A DNA stretch of 24,000 nucleotides from Priestia megaterium (GCF_015582655.1 NZ_CP058255.1), one strand, 5' to 3'; positions 1 through 9,066 are shown, counted from the stretch's first letter. Notes: generated by a model not told the origin, from the letters alone. Made by a program: numbers and translations.

Positions 1-1
1 A

Positions 2-757
2 ATTCTAACCCCTAGTATTCTAGGATTGGATTCACTATATTTATTTCTGCAAACGTTTATTGTGTACATCTTTGGCTCGACGAATATTGTCATCATGAAC
101 AAAAATCTTAACTTTCTTCTTTGCGTTTCGCTGATGATTATCTTTTCGGTCTTGCTTTACATACTGATGTTCAAAAAAGCCGGTAAGAATATTTTCTTTA
201 TTTTACTGGTTGGAATTGTGTTCGGCACGTTATTTAAAAGCATGTCTTCATTTATGGAAATGCTGATTGACCCGAATGAATTTCAAATTGTACAAGATAA
301 ATCATTTGCAAGCTTTAACAATGTTAATACCGATTTGCTATACATAGCAGCCGTCATTTTTATTCTACTGGGTATTTACGTGTGGCGCTTTACGTCCATT
401 TTTGATGTCCTGTCGCTAGGAAGAGAACACGCGGTAAATTTAGGGATTAATTATGACGGGCTCGTCAAAAAAATGCTGATTGTGATCGCCATTTTTGTCT
501 CAGTAGCTACAGCGTTAGTTGGGCCGATCACCTTTCTTGGACTGCTTGTTGTGAACCTTGCGAGAGAGCTGTTCAAAACGTACAAGCACACCTATTTAAT
601 GATGGGATCACTGCTGCTTAGTGTTATAGCCCTCGTCGGAGGAGAATTTATTGTTGAAAAAGTGTTCACCTTCAGCACAACGCTAAGCGTCATCATTGAC
701 TTTGCCGGCGGAATTTACTTTATTTATTTGCTGCTAAAGGAGAATAAATCATGGTAG
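2..757 (+). CDS. yclO: Iron-siderophore ABC transporter permease (FecCD family), 5' end outside the window
   Basis: The reading frame is open from base 2 (ILTPSILGLDS...) and runs off the left edge. The product is a multi-pass hydrophobic protein. Its stop overlaps the ATPase start (ATGGTAG). The permease-ATPase-lipoprotein order matches B. subtilis yclNOPQ; the symbol is assigned by synteny only. Confidence 0.8.
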   Translation: MLTPSILGLDSLYLFLQTFIVYIFGSTNIVIMNKNLNFLLCVSLMIIFSVLLYILMFKKAGKNIFFILLVGIVFGTLFKSMSSFMEMLIDPNEFQIVQDKSFASFNNVNTDLLYIAAVIFILLGIYVWRFTSIFDVLSLGREHAVNLGINYDGLVKKMLIVIAIFVSVATALVGPITFLGLLVVNLARELFKTYKHTYLMMGSLLLSVIALVGGEFIVEKVFTFSTTLSVIIDFAGGIYFIYLLLKENKSW

Positions 758-1509
758 AAGTAACAAATGTCAGTAAAACATACGGAGAAAAAACCGTCTT
801 AGAAAAAACATCCGTCGTGATTCCAAAAGGGAAAATCACGTCATTTATCGGCCCAAACGGAGCGGGGAAAAGTACGCTGCTTTCAATTATGAGCCGTCTC
901 ATTAAAGCCGACTCAGGATCAATATCAATAGAAGGAAAAAATATAGAGAATATTGACAGCTCAGATTTAGCCAAAAAAATGAGTATTTTAAAACAGTCCA
1001 ATCAGCTGAATATCAGGCTTAGCGTACGTGAACTCGTAAATTTTGGCCGGTTTCCTTATTCAAAAGGCCGGTTAACAAAAAGCGATGAACAAGCGGTTGA
1101 TCAGGCGCTGAGTTACATGAAGCTTGAAGGTATTCAAGATAAATACTTGGATGAACTGAGCGGGGGACAGTGTCAGCGGGCTTTTATCGCTATGGTCATC
1201 GCACAGGACACGGAGTATATCTTCTTAGATGAACCGCTCAATAACTTAGATATGAAGCATTCTGTTGAAATTATGAAGCTGTTGAAACGTCTTGTAGAAG
1301 ACTTAGGCAAAACGATTGTGATTGTTATTCACGATATTAATTTTGCGTCTGTCTATTCGGATTACATCGTGGCGCTTAAAAACGGTGAAGTAATCCGTGA
1401 AGGCCCAACAGAAACCATCATTCAAACGTCTGTATTAAAGGATATATACGATATGGATATTCCAATCGAAACGGTTGGCGGCCAGCGTATTTGCGTGTAT
1501 TTTTCATAA
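751..1509 (+). CDS. yclP: Iron-siderophore ABC transporter ATP-binding protein
   Basis: Contains Walker A GPNGAGKST, ABC signature LSGGQCQR and Walker B IFLDEP. RBS AAGGAGA lies 7 nt upstream of the ATG. The start overlaps the permease stop, suggesting translational coupling. Confidence 0.9.
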   Translation: MVEVTNVSKTYGEKTVLEKTSVVIPKGKITSFIGPNGAGKSTLLSIMSRLIKADSGSISIEGKNIENIDSSDLAKKMSILKQSNQLNIRLSVRELVNFGRFPYSKGRLTKSDEQAVDQALSYMKLEGIQDKYLDELSGGQCQRAFIAMVIAQDTEYIFLDEPLNNLDMKHSVEIMKLLKRLVEDLGKTIVIVIHDINFASVYSDYIVALKNGEVIREGPTETIIQTSVLKDIYDMDIPIETVGGQRICVYFS

Positions 1510-1532
1510 AATTTATTCATGAGGTGACGAAA

Positions 1533-2489
1533 GTGAAAAAAGTGTTAGTAATGTTTGTAGCAGTCTTAACTGCGATTGTTGTAGCCGCTTGCGGTAATCA
1601 AGGAGCAAAAGAAACAACAGGTGGAGAAAGTAAGCAAAAAGAGACGGTAACAGTAACCGATCAGTTCAATAAAGACGGCATTAAAATTAAGAAAAACCCT
1701 AAAAAAGTTGTAGTATTCAGCATGGGTGCACTTGATACACTAGATAAACTAGGGGTTGAAGTAGCGGGCTTGCCAAAACAAGCGATTCCTGAGTATTTAT
1801 CAAAATATCAAGATGATAAGTATGCGAATGTAGGTGGATTAAAAGAACCTGATTTTGAAAAAATTGCAGAATTAAAGCCAGACTTAATTATTATTCAAGG
1901 GCGTCAAGCAGATTCATTTGATGAATTCTCAAAAATCGCGCCGACGATTTATATTGATACAGACACCCAGCACTACATGGATTCATTTAAAGAAAATACG
2001 AAAGTACTAGGACAAATTTTTGATAAAGAAGATCAAGCGAAAAAAGAGCTAGCAGCAATTGACAAGCAAATTGCAGATTTGAAAAAACAAGCGGACAAAC
2101 TAGATAAAAAAGCGCTTGTCATGATGGCGAATGATAGCAAAATGACAGCGTTTGGTCCGGGTTCTAAATATGGATTAATTCACGATGTCTTCGGTATTAA
2201 GGCTGCAGACGACAGCCTAGATCCATCGGCTAAGCACGGCCAAAGCATTTCATACGAATATTTAGTTAAGCAAAATCCAGACTACTTATTCGTCGTTGAC
2301 CGCGGTGCAGCGATTGGTGAAAAATCTTCCGCTAAACAAATTGTTGAAAATGAGTATGTAAAAGAAATCAACGCGGTGAAAAACAATCACGTTGTGTATC
2401 TTGATCCAGGCCTTTGGTATTTATCTGGAGGAGGCCTTGAGTCAATGGCTGGCATGATTAAAGAAATCAAAGCAGGGATAGAGAAGTAA
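1533..2489 (+). CDS. yclQ: Petrobactin/siderophore-binding lipoprotein (ABC substrate-binding protein)
   Basis: GTG start at 1533 follows a GAGGTGA RBS. The N-terminus is a lipoprotein signal with lipobox VAAC. The protein resembles my recollection of B. subtilis YclQ along its length (KNPKKVVVF..LDTLDKLG, PDYLFVVDRG, WYLSGGGLESM). The ORF-track start at 1491 lacks an RBS. Confidence 0.88.
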   Translation: MKKVLVMFVAVLTAIVVAACGNQGAKETTGGESKQKETVTVTDQFNKDGIKIKKNPKKVVVFSMGALDTLDKLGVEVAGLPKQAIPEYLSKYQDDKYANVGGLKEPDFEKIAELKPDLIIIQGRQADSFDEFSKIAPTIYIDTDTQHYMDSFKENTKVLGQIFDKEDQAKKELAAIDKQIADLKKQADKLDKKALVMMANDSKMTAFGPGSKYGLIHDVFGIKAADDSLDPSAKHGQSISYEYLVKQNPDYLFVVDRGAAIGEKSSAKQIVENEYVKEINAVKNNHVVYLDPGLWYLSGGGLESMAGMIKEIKAGIEK

Positions 2490-2492
2490 TAG

Positions 2493-2528
2493 AAAAAAAG
2501 AGCTGGTTTTGACCAGCTCTTTTTTTTT
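2493..2528 (+). terminator. Intrinsic terminator of the siderophore-uptake operon
   Basis: Stem AGAGCTGG/CCAGCTCT (2499-2506 / 2513-2520) is followed by T8. Confidence 0.85.
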
Positions 2529-2809
2529 GCATGCAAAGTATTCACGGTTCCATGACTGTAAAAAGACCGCTACGAGCAGCTTTTTTGCTTATAACAAAGG
2601 GTGTTATCCACGTGTTTCAATGAAGGTGTCTTTTAGCTACCCAGAATAAAAAGGTCGCATATGGAAACAGTAGTTATGTGCAGATGTGAGAAAGATGGCA
2701 CGCTAGAATATGTTAAGAAGAAAAGAAACAGTGAAAAAACCTATAGCGGACAAAAATCTACATAAGTTAGTTCAAAAAACAAGCAATATTAATAAAAGGA
2801 GTGTTTGAT

Positions 2810-3664
2810 ATGTATTATTACAAAGAAGGATTAATCAATGGCATTAAACCGGATAAGCCCGATCCAGCGGCGGCGAAGGTACTGCAAGAAGCCTTAGGCG
2901 GGCAGTTTGGTGAAATGCGGACGATGATGCAATATTTCTTTCAAAGCTCTAACTTCAGAGGAAAAGAGACGCAGTATCGCGATTTAATGAAAGGTGTTTT
3001 TTTAGAAGAAATAGCTCACGTAGAACTCGTTCAAAATACCATTAATGCATTGTTAGATGAATCTGGCGGAGCCGGGGTAGGAAGTCAAGGTTCAGATCAG
3101 GCTCCTCTTGATGAAGCCGTAAAACATGCTAATCCTCATCACTATATCATGGGCGCTCAAAGCTCACTGCCAGTGGATGCGGGCGGAAATCCATGGAACG
3201 GCTCATGGGTTTATAATCACGGAAATCTAGTGGCTGATTTGCTCAATAACGTCGTATTAGAATCAACCGGTGTTTTACAAAAAACAAGAATATACGAAAT
3301 GAGTTCTAACCAAACGTTAAGAGAAACGCTAGGTTTCTTAATTGTTCGAGATAATGCTCATCAAAATGCGTTTGCAAAAGCTCTTGAAACATTAGGCGTG
3401 GACTGGGGAAAACTATTTCCCGTACCAAATTATGATATTAACAAATACCCTGAATGCAGAAAATTTGTCGAGATGGGGTATCATAACACGCAATTTGATT
3501 TTAGGTTAGATCCGCATCGAATGGGAGAAATATTCCGAGGGCAGACGCCAAGCAGAAATGGCGGAGACTTGAGTGTAACACCTCCACCGGAAGCTTTTCC
3601 AGTCCCTCATTTACCTGAAATGCCCAATGAGCATGCTCCAGGTTTAGGAGATATGAACGCGTAA
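2810..3664 (+). CDS. Manganese catalase family protein
   Basis: N-terminal PDPAAAKVLQEALGGQFGEMRTMMQYFFQS and EEIAHVELV match the di-Mn catalase (YdbD/YjqC/CotJC-type) ferritin-like motifs. The ATG at 2810 lies 8 nt after AAAGGAG, which I prefer to the GTG at 2801. Confidence 0.85.
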   Translation: MYYYKEGLINGIKPDKPDPAAAKVLQEALGGQFGEMRTMMQYFFQSSNFRGKETQYRDLMKGVFLEEIAHVELVQNTINALLDESGGAGVGSQGSDQAPLDEAVKHANPHHYIMGAQSSLPVDAGGNPWNGSWVYNHGNLVADLLNNVVLESTGVLQKTRIYEMSSNQTLRETLGFLIVRDNAHQNAFAKALETLGVDWGKLFPVPNYDINKYPECRKFVEMGYHNTQFDFRLDPHRMGEIFRGQTPSRNGGDLSVTPPPEAFPVPHLPEMPNEHAPGLGDMNA

Positions 3665-3708
3665 AAGTACCTGAATCGACTTTAATTACACACAGCTAAA
3701 ATAAATAA

Positions 3709-3746
3709 AAAAGCATTGACTTAGAGCTAGTAGTCAATGTTTTTTA
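3709..3746 (+). terminator. Intrinsic terminator after the Mn catalase gene
   Basis: Stem CATTGACT/AGTCAATG (3714-3721 / 3732-3739) is followed by a T-run. Confidence 0.7.
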
Positions 3747-3924
3747 TGCTTCTAAGCTAAATGCTGTCGTTCCTCTAAAGGCAAGAACATCTCGCCGTTT
3801 GCATAAACTCCGGATAAACCGGTTATTTTACCTCTGTGTATTAATTTAATTGTTTTTTATAAGAAGAAAAGGGAATACTTTCTTTAATCACTTGTGATAG
3901 AAAGCTAATAAGGGGCATGCTGCT

Positions 3925-4065
3925 ATGAGTAGTCAACAAGATGAATTTTTATTTAAACGAGAGCTCTATCGCTTAGTACAAGAATACAAACGCTGTAAAG
4001 CTGAAGAAATTAGACGGGCAATTAAAAAGGATATTCTTCTTTTGAAGAAGGTTATAAATAACTAA
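3925..4065 (+). CDS. Small hypothetical protein (46 aa, helical, basic)
   Basis: This ORF is below the ORF-track cutoff. AAGGGG lies about 9 nt upstream of the ATG. Product is MSSQQDEFLFKRELYRLVQEYKRCKAEEIRRAIKKDILLLKKVINN. A bidirectional terminator follows directly. Confidence 0.4.
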   Translation: MSSQQDEFLFKRELYRLVQEYKRCKAEEIRRAIKKDILLLKKVINN

Positions 4066-4082
4066 AATAGATAGACACCGGC

Positions 4083-4119
4083 AAAAAAGCTCATGTTGGT
4101 TAATAAATGAGCTTTTTTT
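4083..4119. terminator. Bidirectional intrinsic terminator between convergent genes
   Basis: The sequence AAAAAAGCTCAT...ATGAGCTTTTTT has an A-run on the left and a T-run on the right. Confidence 0.8.
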
Positions 4120-4125
4120 CCTGCT

Positions 4126-4380
4126 TTAAACTTGTTCAAACGAATTAGTATGTCTATAAACGGTATTGGGAAGATTATGGATCATGTTAAACAAAGCTAA
4201 CGCAGTTGTTTCTGCTTCTTCATAACGATAAATAATATCGTTTTCAATATCGCAGATTTGAAAACTGTTTAATTGTTTTGAATAACTTAGTGTAAACCTA
4301 TTGGCAAGAGTATGAGTAATGTCGCTATCTCTATAATTTACTAAATTTGCTGTCATGTGCTTAATTTCAGTTAGGTTCAT
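4126..4380 (-). CDS. Hypothetical protein (84 aa)
   Basis: The ORF ends next to the bidirectional terminator. The ATG at 4380 sits 9 nt after AAAGGGTG; the GTG at 4392 is an alternative start. I recognise no family. Confidence 0.5.
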   Translation of the reverse strand: MNLTEIKHMTANLVNYRDSDITHTLANRFTLSYSKQLNSFQICDIENDIIYRYEEAETTALALFNMIHNLPNTVYRHTNSFEQV

Positions 4381-4533
4381 CCACCAAGTCACCCTTTCAT
4401 GTTATTGAGGTTATCATACCATGTGCAGGTAGTTTAAATGCTGTTTTTTACAATTTGTAACAACAATTTTCAAAATGAAACATAAAGGTAATAAAAAGTT
4501 AAAACGAGCAGCTAAACGGAAGCTGAACATTTC

Positions 4534-5508
4534 CTATGAGGGTGTAGGATTTTCGTTGCAGTAGGTCAACTCCAACTTTTTATCCGCGATTTCTTTTAGC
4601 CCAATATGAATCATACTGAATACCAAAATCTGTAATATAACCGTTAAAATCGTATGTCCAGCGGGAAAAATACCTAGTATAGGTGAGTCCCAAAGAGCGT
4701 GCATAAAAACGACAAGCAAAAATACACCGAGAAATTTTGGTTTTATCAACATGCTCCACTGAAATTTCTTATTTCCTTGCACGATGCAGATGGCAGCTCC
4801 AGTCAAGGCAGCCCAAGCCGCATGTCCTCCAGGAGCAAAAATACTGCGCCAGAGTATTGTAGAATAAAGCATGTGAAAGCTCCCGGAAAGAAGTGCTCGC
4901 AAAGCATAGCCATCGGTTTCAAAAGCAGCAAAACCAGCTCCTATTGCAGCTCCTAAGAGAAGACCGTTAAGGATATATCTATATTTAAGATCGCGTACAA
5001 AATAAATAACCGCGATAACTTTAGCCAGTTCCTCACATATCCCAATCACGATCACGTTTGTGTTATTGCCAAGAATATCATAAAACACAAGTGCTAATAA
5101 AAGTGAAAGGATTCCGCCAATAAAAACGACATAAACAATTTTGTAAACAGCAATATTCTGCGGAGCGTTCATTTCCCAAAAGAAAATGAGAGTAGTAAAT
5201 GGCACTGCAAAAGCACCAACTACAATAAGACCGGGTATGAAGTTGATGTTTTCGAACAAGCTTACGCCTAGATATAGCCCTAAGTATGCAACAAGCGCAA
5301 TAAGAAAGACCCTTGCAAAAAGCCAAGGCTTTGGCCATGTATTTACAACTTCTTCTATTTTAGGAGTCGTAAGCCCTGTTCCTACAATAAAAAGCCGTTC
5401 AGCTTCCATTTCACTGTGCTGTCGGAAGACTCGAGAGAATATATTTCGAAATTTAGGTTCAACTGAACGTTCATTTCTTGGAATTTTATCAACACGATGG
5501 GCAAACAA
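4534..5508 (-). CDS. PrsW-family glutamic-type intramembrane protease. This is the distal part of a 4534-5613 frame interrupted by TGA at 5554-5556.
   Basis: The product is multi-TM with ICEELAK (EExxK) and HAAW/HALWD motifs typical of PrsW. Upstream and in the same frame is a well-initiated zinc-ribbon segment, MKCPHCAYSNPEGVKFCLN-stop-GHEI (AAAAAGGAGGAAGATAA then ATG at 5613). The TTG at 5508 has no obvious RBS. Confidence 0.7.
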   Translation of the reverse strand: MFAHRVDKIPRNERSVEPKFRNIFSRVFRQHSEMEAERLFIVGTGLTTPKIEEVVNTWPKPWLFARVFLIALVAYLGLYLGVSLFENINFIPGLIVVGAFAVPFTTLIFFWEMNAPQNIAVYKIVYVVFIGGILSLLLALVFYDILGNNTNVIVIGICEELAKVIAVIYFVRDLKYRYILNGLLLGAAIGAGFAAFETDGYALRALLSGSFHMLYSTILWRSIFAPGGHAAWAALTGAAICIVQGNKKFQWSMLIKPKFLGVFLLVVFMHALWDSPILGIFPAGHTILTVILQILVFSMIHIGLKEIADKKLELTYCNENPTPS

Positions 5509-5792
5509 GTAGAATATGCTGTAGTTTTCGTCCTGTTTTACGATTTCATGGCCTCAATTTAAGCAGAATTTTACCCCTTCTGGATTAGAATAAGCGCAAT
5601 GGGGGCATTTCATTTATCTTCCTCCTTTTTCTAGATACAAATCGTTTGACGCTTGTCTTATGACATCTTCTACATATATTATGTGAACTGATGAAAAAAG
5701 CATAAGAGGGTTTGATAGGTAATTTGCTTAAATAATGGAATGGTATGTATATAAAAGACAGAAGCTATTGCTAAAAGAGACCTCATGAAACC

Positions 5793-5837
5793 AAAAAAGG
5801 CTGCGTCATAAGGCGAATATTCGACTTGTGACGCAGC
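5793..5837 (-). terminator. Intrinsic terminator (minus strand) after the small membrane protein gene
   Basis: Stem GCTGCGTCA/TGACGCAGC (5800-5808 / 5829-5837) has an A6 run on the plus strand, which is a U-run on the minus strand. The loop is rather large. Confidence 0.6.
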
Positions 5838-5888
5838 TCTTTATATGATTAAAAATGTGGGTTTAAGCCTGTTTTCTTTACAATACTA

Positions 5889-6137
5889 CTACGCAATAAA
5901 AAAGCTTCCTGAAATAAAAACGATGACACCAATGACCATCATTAATGTTTCGCGGTCTTTTTTTCCTGGTTTTTTATTAGCAGGAAGCAGCGATTTTGAA
6001 AGAGGCTTGGCAAAAATGATGACAAGCATGCAAACAGCAGCAAAGATGCCAAGCGCCACCTGAAAATTACCTTCAATAAAGACGCATGCCATTAAAAGTA
6101 CAAGACTTATTTTCAGAAAAATTTTTGATAGGTTCAC
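5889..6137 (-). CDS. Small membrane protein (82 aa, two hydrophobic helices)
   Basis: GTG at 6137 lies 8 nt after AAAGGAG. The gene begins 22 nt downstream of the oxidoreductase gene, so the two are a probable operon. A terminator follows. Confidence 0.5.
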   Translation of the reverse strand: MNLSKIFLKISLVLLMACVFIEGNFQVALGIFAAVCMLVIIFAKPLSKSLLPANKKPGKKDRETLMMVIGVIVFISGSFFIA

Positions 6138-6159
6138 TATCAACACTCCTTTAGAACAC

Positions 6160-6774
6160 TTAATATGAAAGACTTAGTGATTTTTTTATGTGCCTGTTGT
6201 TTTCTACGGCTTGAAGGAGAAAATGAGCGACGTCAGAACGGCTGATGTTGCGTCCGTTTTCTGGTATGCTAGCTTCTCCTATACGATAATACGCAGTTAA
6301 TGGACCGCTCGTTAAACCCATTGGCCGAGCAACAGTCCAGTCGAGTCCGCTTACCTTCAAGAGCTTCACGGCTTCGTGATGATCGCGAAGCACATTTTTT
6401 AAAATACGCTGAGCAAGCCAGCCCGTCATGCCTGGAATTTCTCCGTCGATTCCGGCAGAAGCCGTGTAGGCGATACGCTGAATTCCGTTTTCGTTCATAC
6501 ATTGAATCAGCAGATTTGTCGTTTCTACTAAAAGGGTAGAATGCCCTAGATTTTCGGTTCCAAGACAAGAAATTACTGCATCACACCCTCGCATGGCCTG
6601 ACACACTTCATAATAATCAAGCACGTCGCCTTGTATGATGTGTACGTTCGCATGCGTTATCTTAAGTTTAGATGGATTTCGCACAAATGCTTTTACATAA
6701 TGTCCGTTTTTAATCGCTTGCTTTATTAATTCCTGTCCGGTCCTGCCGCTTGCGCCAATCAAAAAAATGTTCAT
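6160..6774 (-). CDS. NAD(P)H-binding oxidoreductase (atypical SDR / NmrA-like, YwnB-like)
   Basis: The N-terminus MNIFLIGASGRTGQELI carries a GxxGxxG Rossmann motif. The length of about 204 aa is typical of this family. Confidence 0.8.
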   Translation of the reverse strand: MNIFLIGASGRTGQELIKQAIKNGHYVKAFVRNPSKLKITHANVHIIQGDVLDYYEVCQAMRGCDAVISCLGTENLGHSTLLVETTNLLIQCMNENGIQRIAYTASAGIDGEIPGMTGWLAQRILKNVLRDHHEAVKLLKVSGLDWTVARPMGLTSGPLTAYYRIGEASIPENGRNISRSDVAHFLLQAVENNRHIKKSLSLSY

Positions 6775-7040
6775 ACGATCAACCCTTTCGTTTCAATGTA
6801 GGTAGTAAAAACGAAATTTTCTTTTACCATAACACATTTTTCTCGATTTAGCTTGTCAAAACATAAAAGCTGCTTACGAGATTCACCAAAGTAAGAGGTA
6901 TCCTCTGTTCTTTTTTAAAACTTATGTCATAGACTGTCTAGAAAACAAAGAAATGTACGAACGGTTTATAAAGGTGTTTAATGCTATAGAAGCGAAAGGG
7001 TATGATAGGAATAAGGGACGAACAGAAGGGGCGATGCACT

Positions 7041-7217
7041 ATGAAAAAATCGGTAAGCCGAGCACGCGTTATCATAGTACTAATAGGTTTTCCGCTCATC
7101 TTTCTCATTATGGCGCTTGTGACGGGTGAGTGGCGATATATGACTTGGACCATTCCGCCTGCACTGATGTCATGTTGGACGGCACTCTTTGTATTAAGGA
7201 AGCAAGAAGAAAGATAA
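7041..7217 (+). CDS. Small membrane protein (58 aa)
   Basis: The ATG at 7041 lies 9 nt after GAAGGGG. The product MKKSVSRARVIIVLIGFPLIFLIMALV... has two hydrophobic segments. Confidence 0.45.
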   Translation: MKKSVSRARVIIVLIGFPLIFLIMALVTGEWRYMTWTIPPALMSCWTALFVLRKQEER

Positions 7218-7309
7218 CAGGAAATTTGAACTATTGCATCGAATTTATAGAAAAAGTATAAAATGATAGAAAGCTATAGTAAGAAAATTTAATGAAGGAC
7301 GGTGTGAAG

Positions 7310-8797
7310 ATGAACGGACAACAGTTATTGTATGGGTTGCTTACGTCTAAAGGCGATATCCTAAGAGCTGCTTATGTGTTATGTGACCACCGCATTTATA
7401 CGGAAATGTCAGCACAGTATCAGCAAACGGAGCATACGGATTTTCAAGCGTCATTGGTAGAAGAAATGAAATTGCTTGAAAAACAGCCTGAAGTAGACAT
7501 GCATCTGCATATTTTGCTTGAAATGGCGAAGTTTTTTGAACTTCCTGTTTCCCATGCTACAACAAATGGCGAGCTGTACGAGCTAAGCGATAACATTGGA
7601 AATTTGCTTGTATCTAAATACAATGAGCTGTTTTCAATTGCACGCTGTCATACGCTAGAAGACGTAATGCGCCATCAAATCCGGCTGTTCTTTCATCTAA
7701 TTGATTCGCAATACATGATTGCTACAAATCGTCAGCAAGCTGTGTTTCAGCAGCAGCTGATGAATTGGATTGAACAGCTGCCCCCCATGTATCAGGAAAG
7801 AATGATTGATGCATTAGGAGAATATCAGCAGGAAGCACTTGTGAAACTGCTGCAGAAAAAAGGGACAATTGAACTGTACAAACAGCTTCCTCCGCACGCA
7901 TACCCTGCTATTTCAGGCCTTATGGCAACCGTAATGAGTATCTTTATTCCCGTTAATTACCCGCCAGCACTGCTATTTAGTATGAATGCGCCGCTGTTTT
8001 TAATGGCGAGCTTTGAAAGTCATGAAATTATTGCAAAACGCAAAGAAGCTGGAACTTTTTTACCGCTGTTATTAGTAGTTGTTCAGCTGATGTGGACGTA
8101 CAAGCTTGAGCATCAGGATGAGCTGTTGAATTATCAGTCTCTGCTGATCAAGTGGTCATCTGTACACACAGCGTATCAAGATTATATGAAAAAGAAAGAG
8201 CAGTCACTGTTTGACCGTGAACGGTTAGACAGCTTTATTTATAAAACAGAGCAGTATGTTAAGCAGCTCCGAGCTACGGAGAAAAAGACGGTGAAGCAAA
8301 TTGAAACGCTCAAAACAGCCATTCGCCATCAGCTCGATGAAATGGAGCTTACGTCGTTAAACGGAGGGCTTGTGCTTCAAAAAATGATTGAAGAGCATGA
8401 ATCATTAAAACAAGATGTAGAAGAACTGCAGCGCAAGCTTTCGATTAAAGGTGACTTCTTCTCTAAAGTAAGGCTGACGTTCCGTTCTGCAGAACGAGCC
8501 GTCAAAAGCAAAGTGAAAGAAGTAGAGCGTAAAAAAGTGCTTATGCAAATGACCGACTTTATTTTAGCAAATCGCTTGCCCGTATGCGTGGATATTCAAA
8601 ATGAAATTTATGATTATCAAGACGAGCTGACGACGACTATTTTTCAAATTAATCAGCAGGTCGAACTGCTTGAAGAAACAAAACAAAGCCGTCAGCTAGC
8701 CGATGCAAAAGTACGCCGTTATGATCAAGAAATAAAGCGATTCGAACGGAACTATTATGGCTTAAAAGAAGGAACCGTTGAAGAAATGGCACAGTAA
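7310..8797 (+). CDS. Hypothetical protein with a central hydrophobic region and a long C-terminal coiled coil (495 aa)
   Basis: This is a long ORF with normal codon usage and a strong terminator downstream. The ATG at 7310 has a purine-rich SD-like stretch upstream; the ATG at 7292 is an alternative. I recognise no family. Confidence 0.7.
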   Translation: MNGQQLLYGLLTSKGDILRAAYVLCDHRIYTEMSAQYQQTEHTDFQASLVEEMKLLEKQPEVDMHLHILLEMAKFFELPVSHATTNGELYELSDNIGNLLVSKYNELFSIARCHTLEDVMRHQIRLFFHLIDSQYMIATNRQQAVFQQQLMNWIEQLPPMYQERMIDALGEYQQEALVKLLQKKGTIELYKQLPPHAYPAISGLMATVMSIFIPVNYPPALLFSMNAPLFLMASFESHEIIAKRKEAGTFLPLLLVVVQLMWTYKLEHQDELLNYQSLLIKWSSVHTAYQDYMKKKEQSLFDRERLDSFIYKTEQYVKQLRATEKKTVKQIETLKTAIRHQLDEMELTSLNGGLVLQKMIEEHESLKQDVEELQRKLSIKGDFFSKVRLTFRSAERAVKSKVKEVERKKVLMQMTDFILANRLPVCVDIQNEIYDYQDELTTTIFQINQQVELLEETKQSRQLADAKVRRYDQEIKRFERNYYGLKEGTVEEMAQ

Positions 8798-8817
8798 AAC
8801 TGGGACAAACACATTTT

Positions 8818-8871
8818 ATCCGAACGAGTTTGATTCTTGATGGAGAATCGAACTTGTTCGGATTTTTTTTA
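8818..8871 (+). terminator. Intrinsic terminator after the 495-aa gene
   Basis: A roughly 19-bp imperfect stem, ATCCGAACGAGTTTGATTC/GAATCGAACTTGTTCGGAT, is followed by T8. Confidence 0.85.
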
Positions 8872-8923
8872 TGATGGTCGTGAACATAGGTTTTATGTAT
8901 GTAATTGCTTCTAGCTTTTTATT

Positions 8924-8987
8924 GGAGAGCAAGGCGAAGACTCCGGCCGCCTGCGGAAAGTAAAGCCCTGTACGGAAACCAACAGCG
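8924..8987. repeat. Possible truncated copy of a dispersed Bacillaceae intergenic repeat
   Basis: GGAGAGCAAGGCGAAGACTCC...GCCTGCGGAAAGTAAAGCCCTGTACGGAAACCAACAGCG resembles, from memory, the ends of a GC-rich intergenic repeat seen in Bacillus/Priestia-type genomes. Its local GC content is far above the surroundings. This is unverified. Confidence 0.3.
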
Positions 8988-9066
8988 ATGTCTCAGGCGG
9001 TCCATACGAACTTATTCACCTCATTTGTCTGCCTTTAGAGTGGCGTAATTTAGTTATGTCTCAACC

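Noticed and set aside
2604-2612. DnaA-box-like TTATCCACG
   Set aside because: It is a single 8/9 match with no cluster of boxes and no AT-rich unwinding element, so it is expected by chance.
2731-2737. Additional GTGAAAA motifs (here and at about 15909-15915) as further copies of the module
   Set aside because: These are single heptamers only. They have no second heptamer at 11-bp phasing, no TAnnnT at the 10-nt distance and no associated hairpin terminator.
5554-5556. Selenocysteine or reassigned TGA at the Cys position of the zinc ribbon
   Set aside because: By eye I found no convincing SECIS-like stem-loop in the ~40 nt downstream. TGA is used as a genuine stop by neighbouring genes (TetR, yvrJ, the small ORFs). 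The other internal TGA (9196-9198) sits at a Trp-type position, so no single recoding explains both. A point mutation or sequencing error is more parsimonious.
6893-6918. Hairpin AGAGG-TAT-CCTCT plus T6 as a terminator
   Set aside because: The stem is only 5 bp and no plus-strand gene lies upstream, so it is likely fortuitous.
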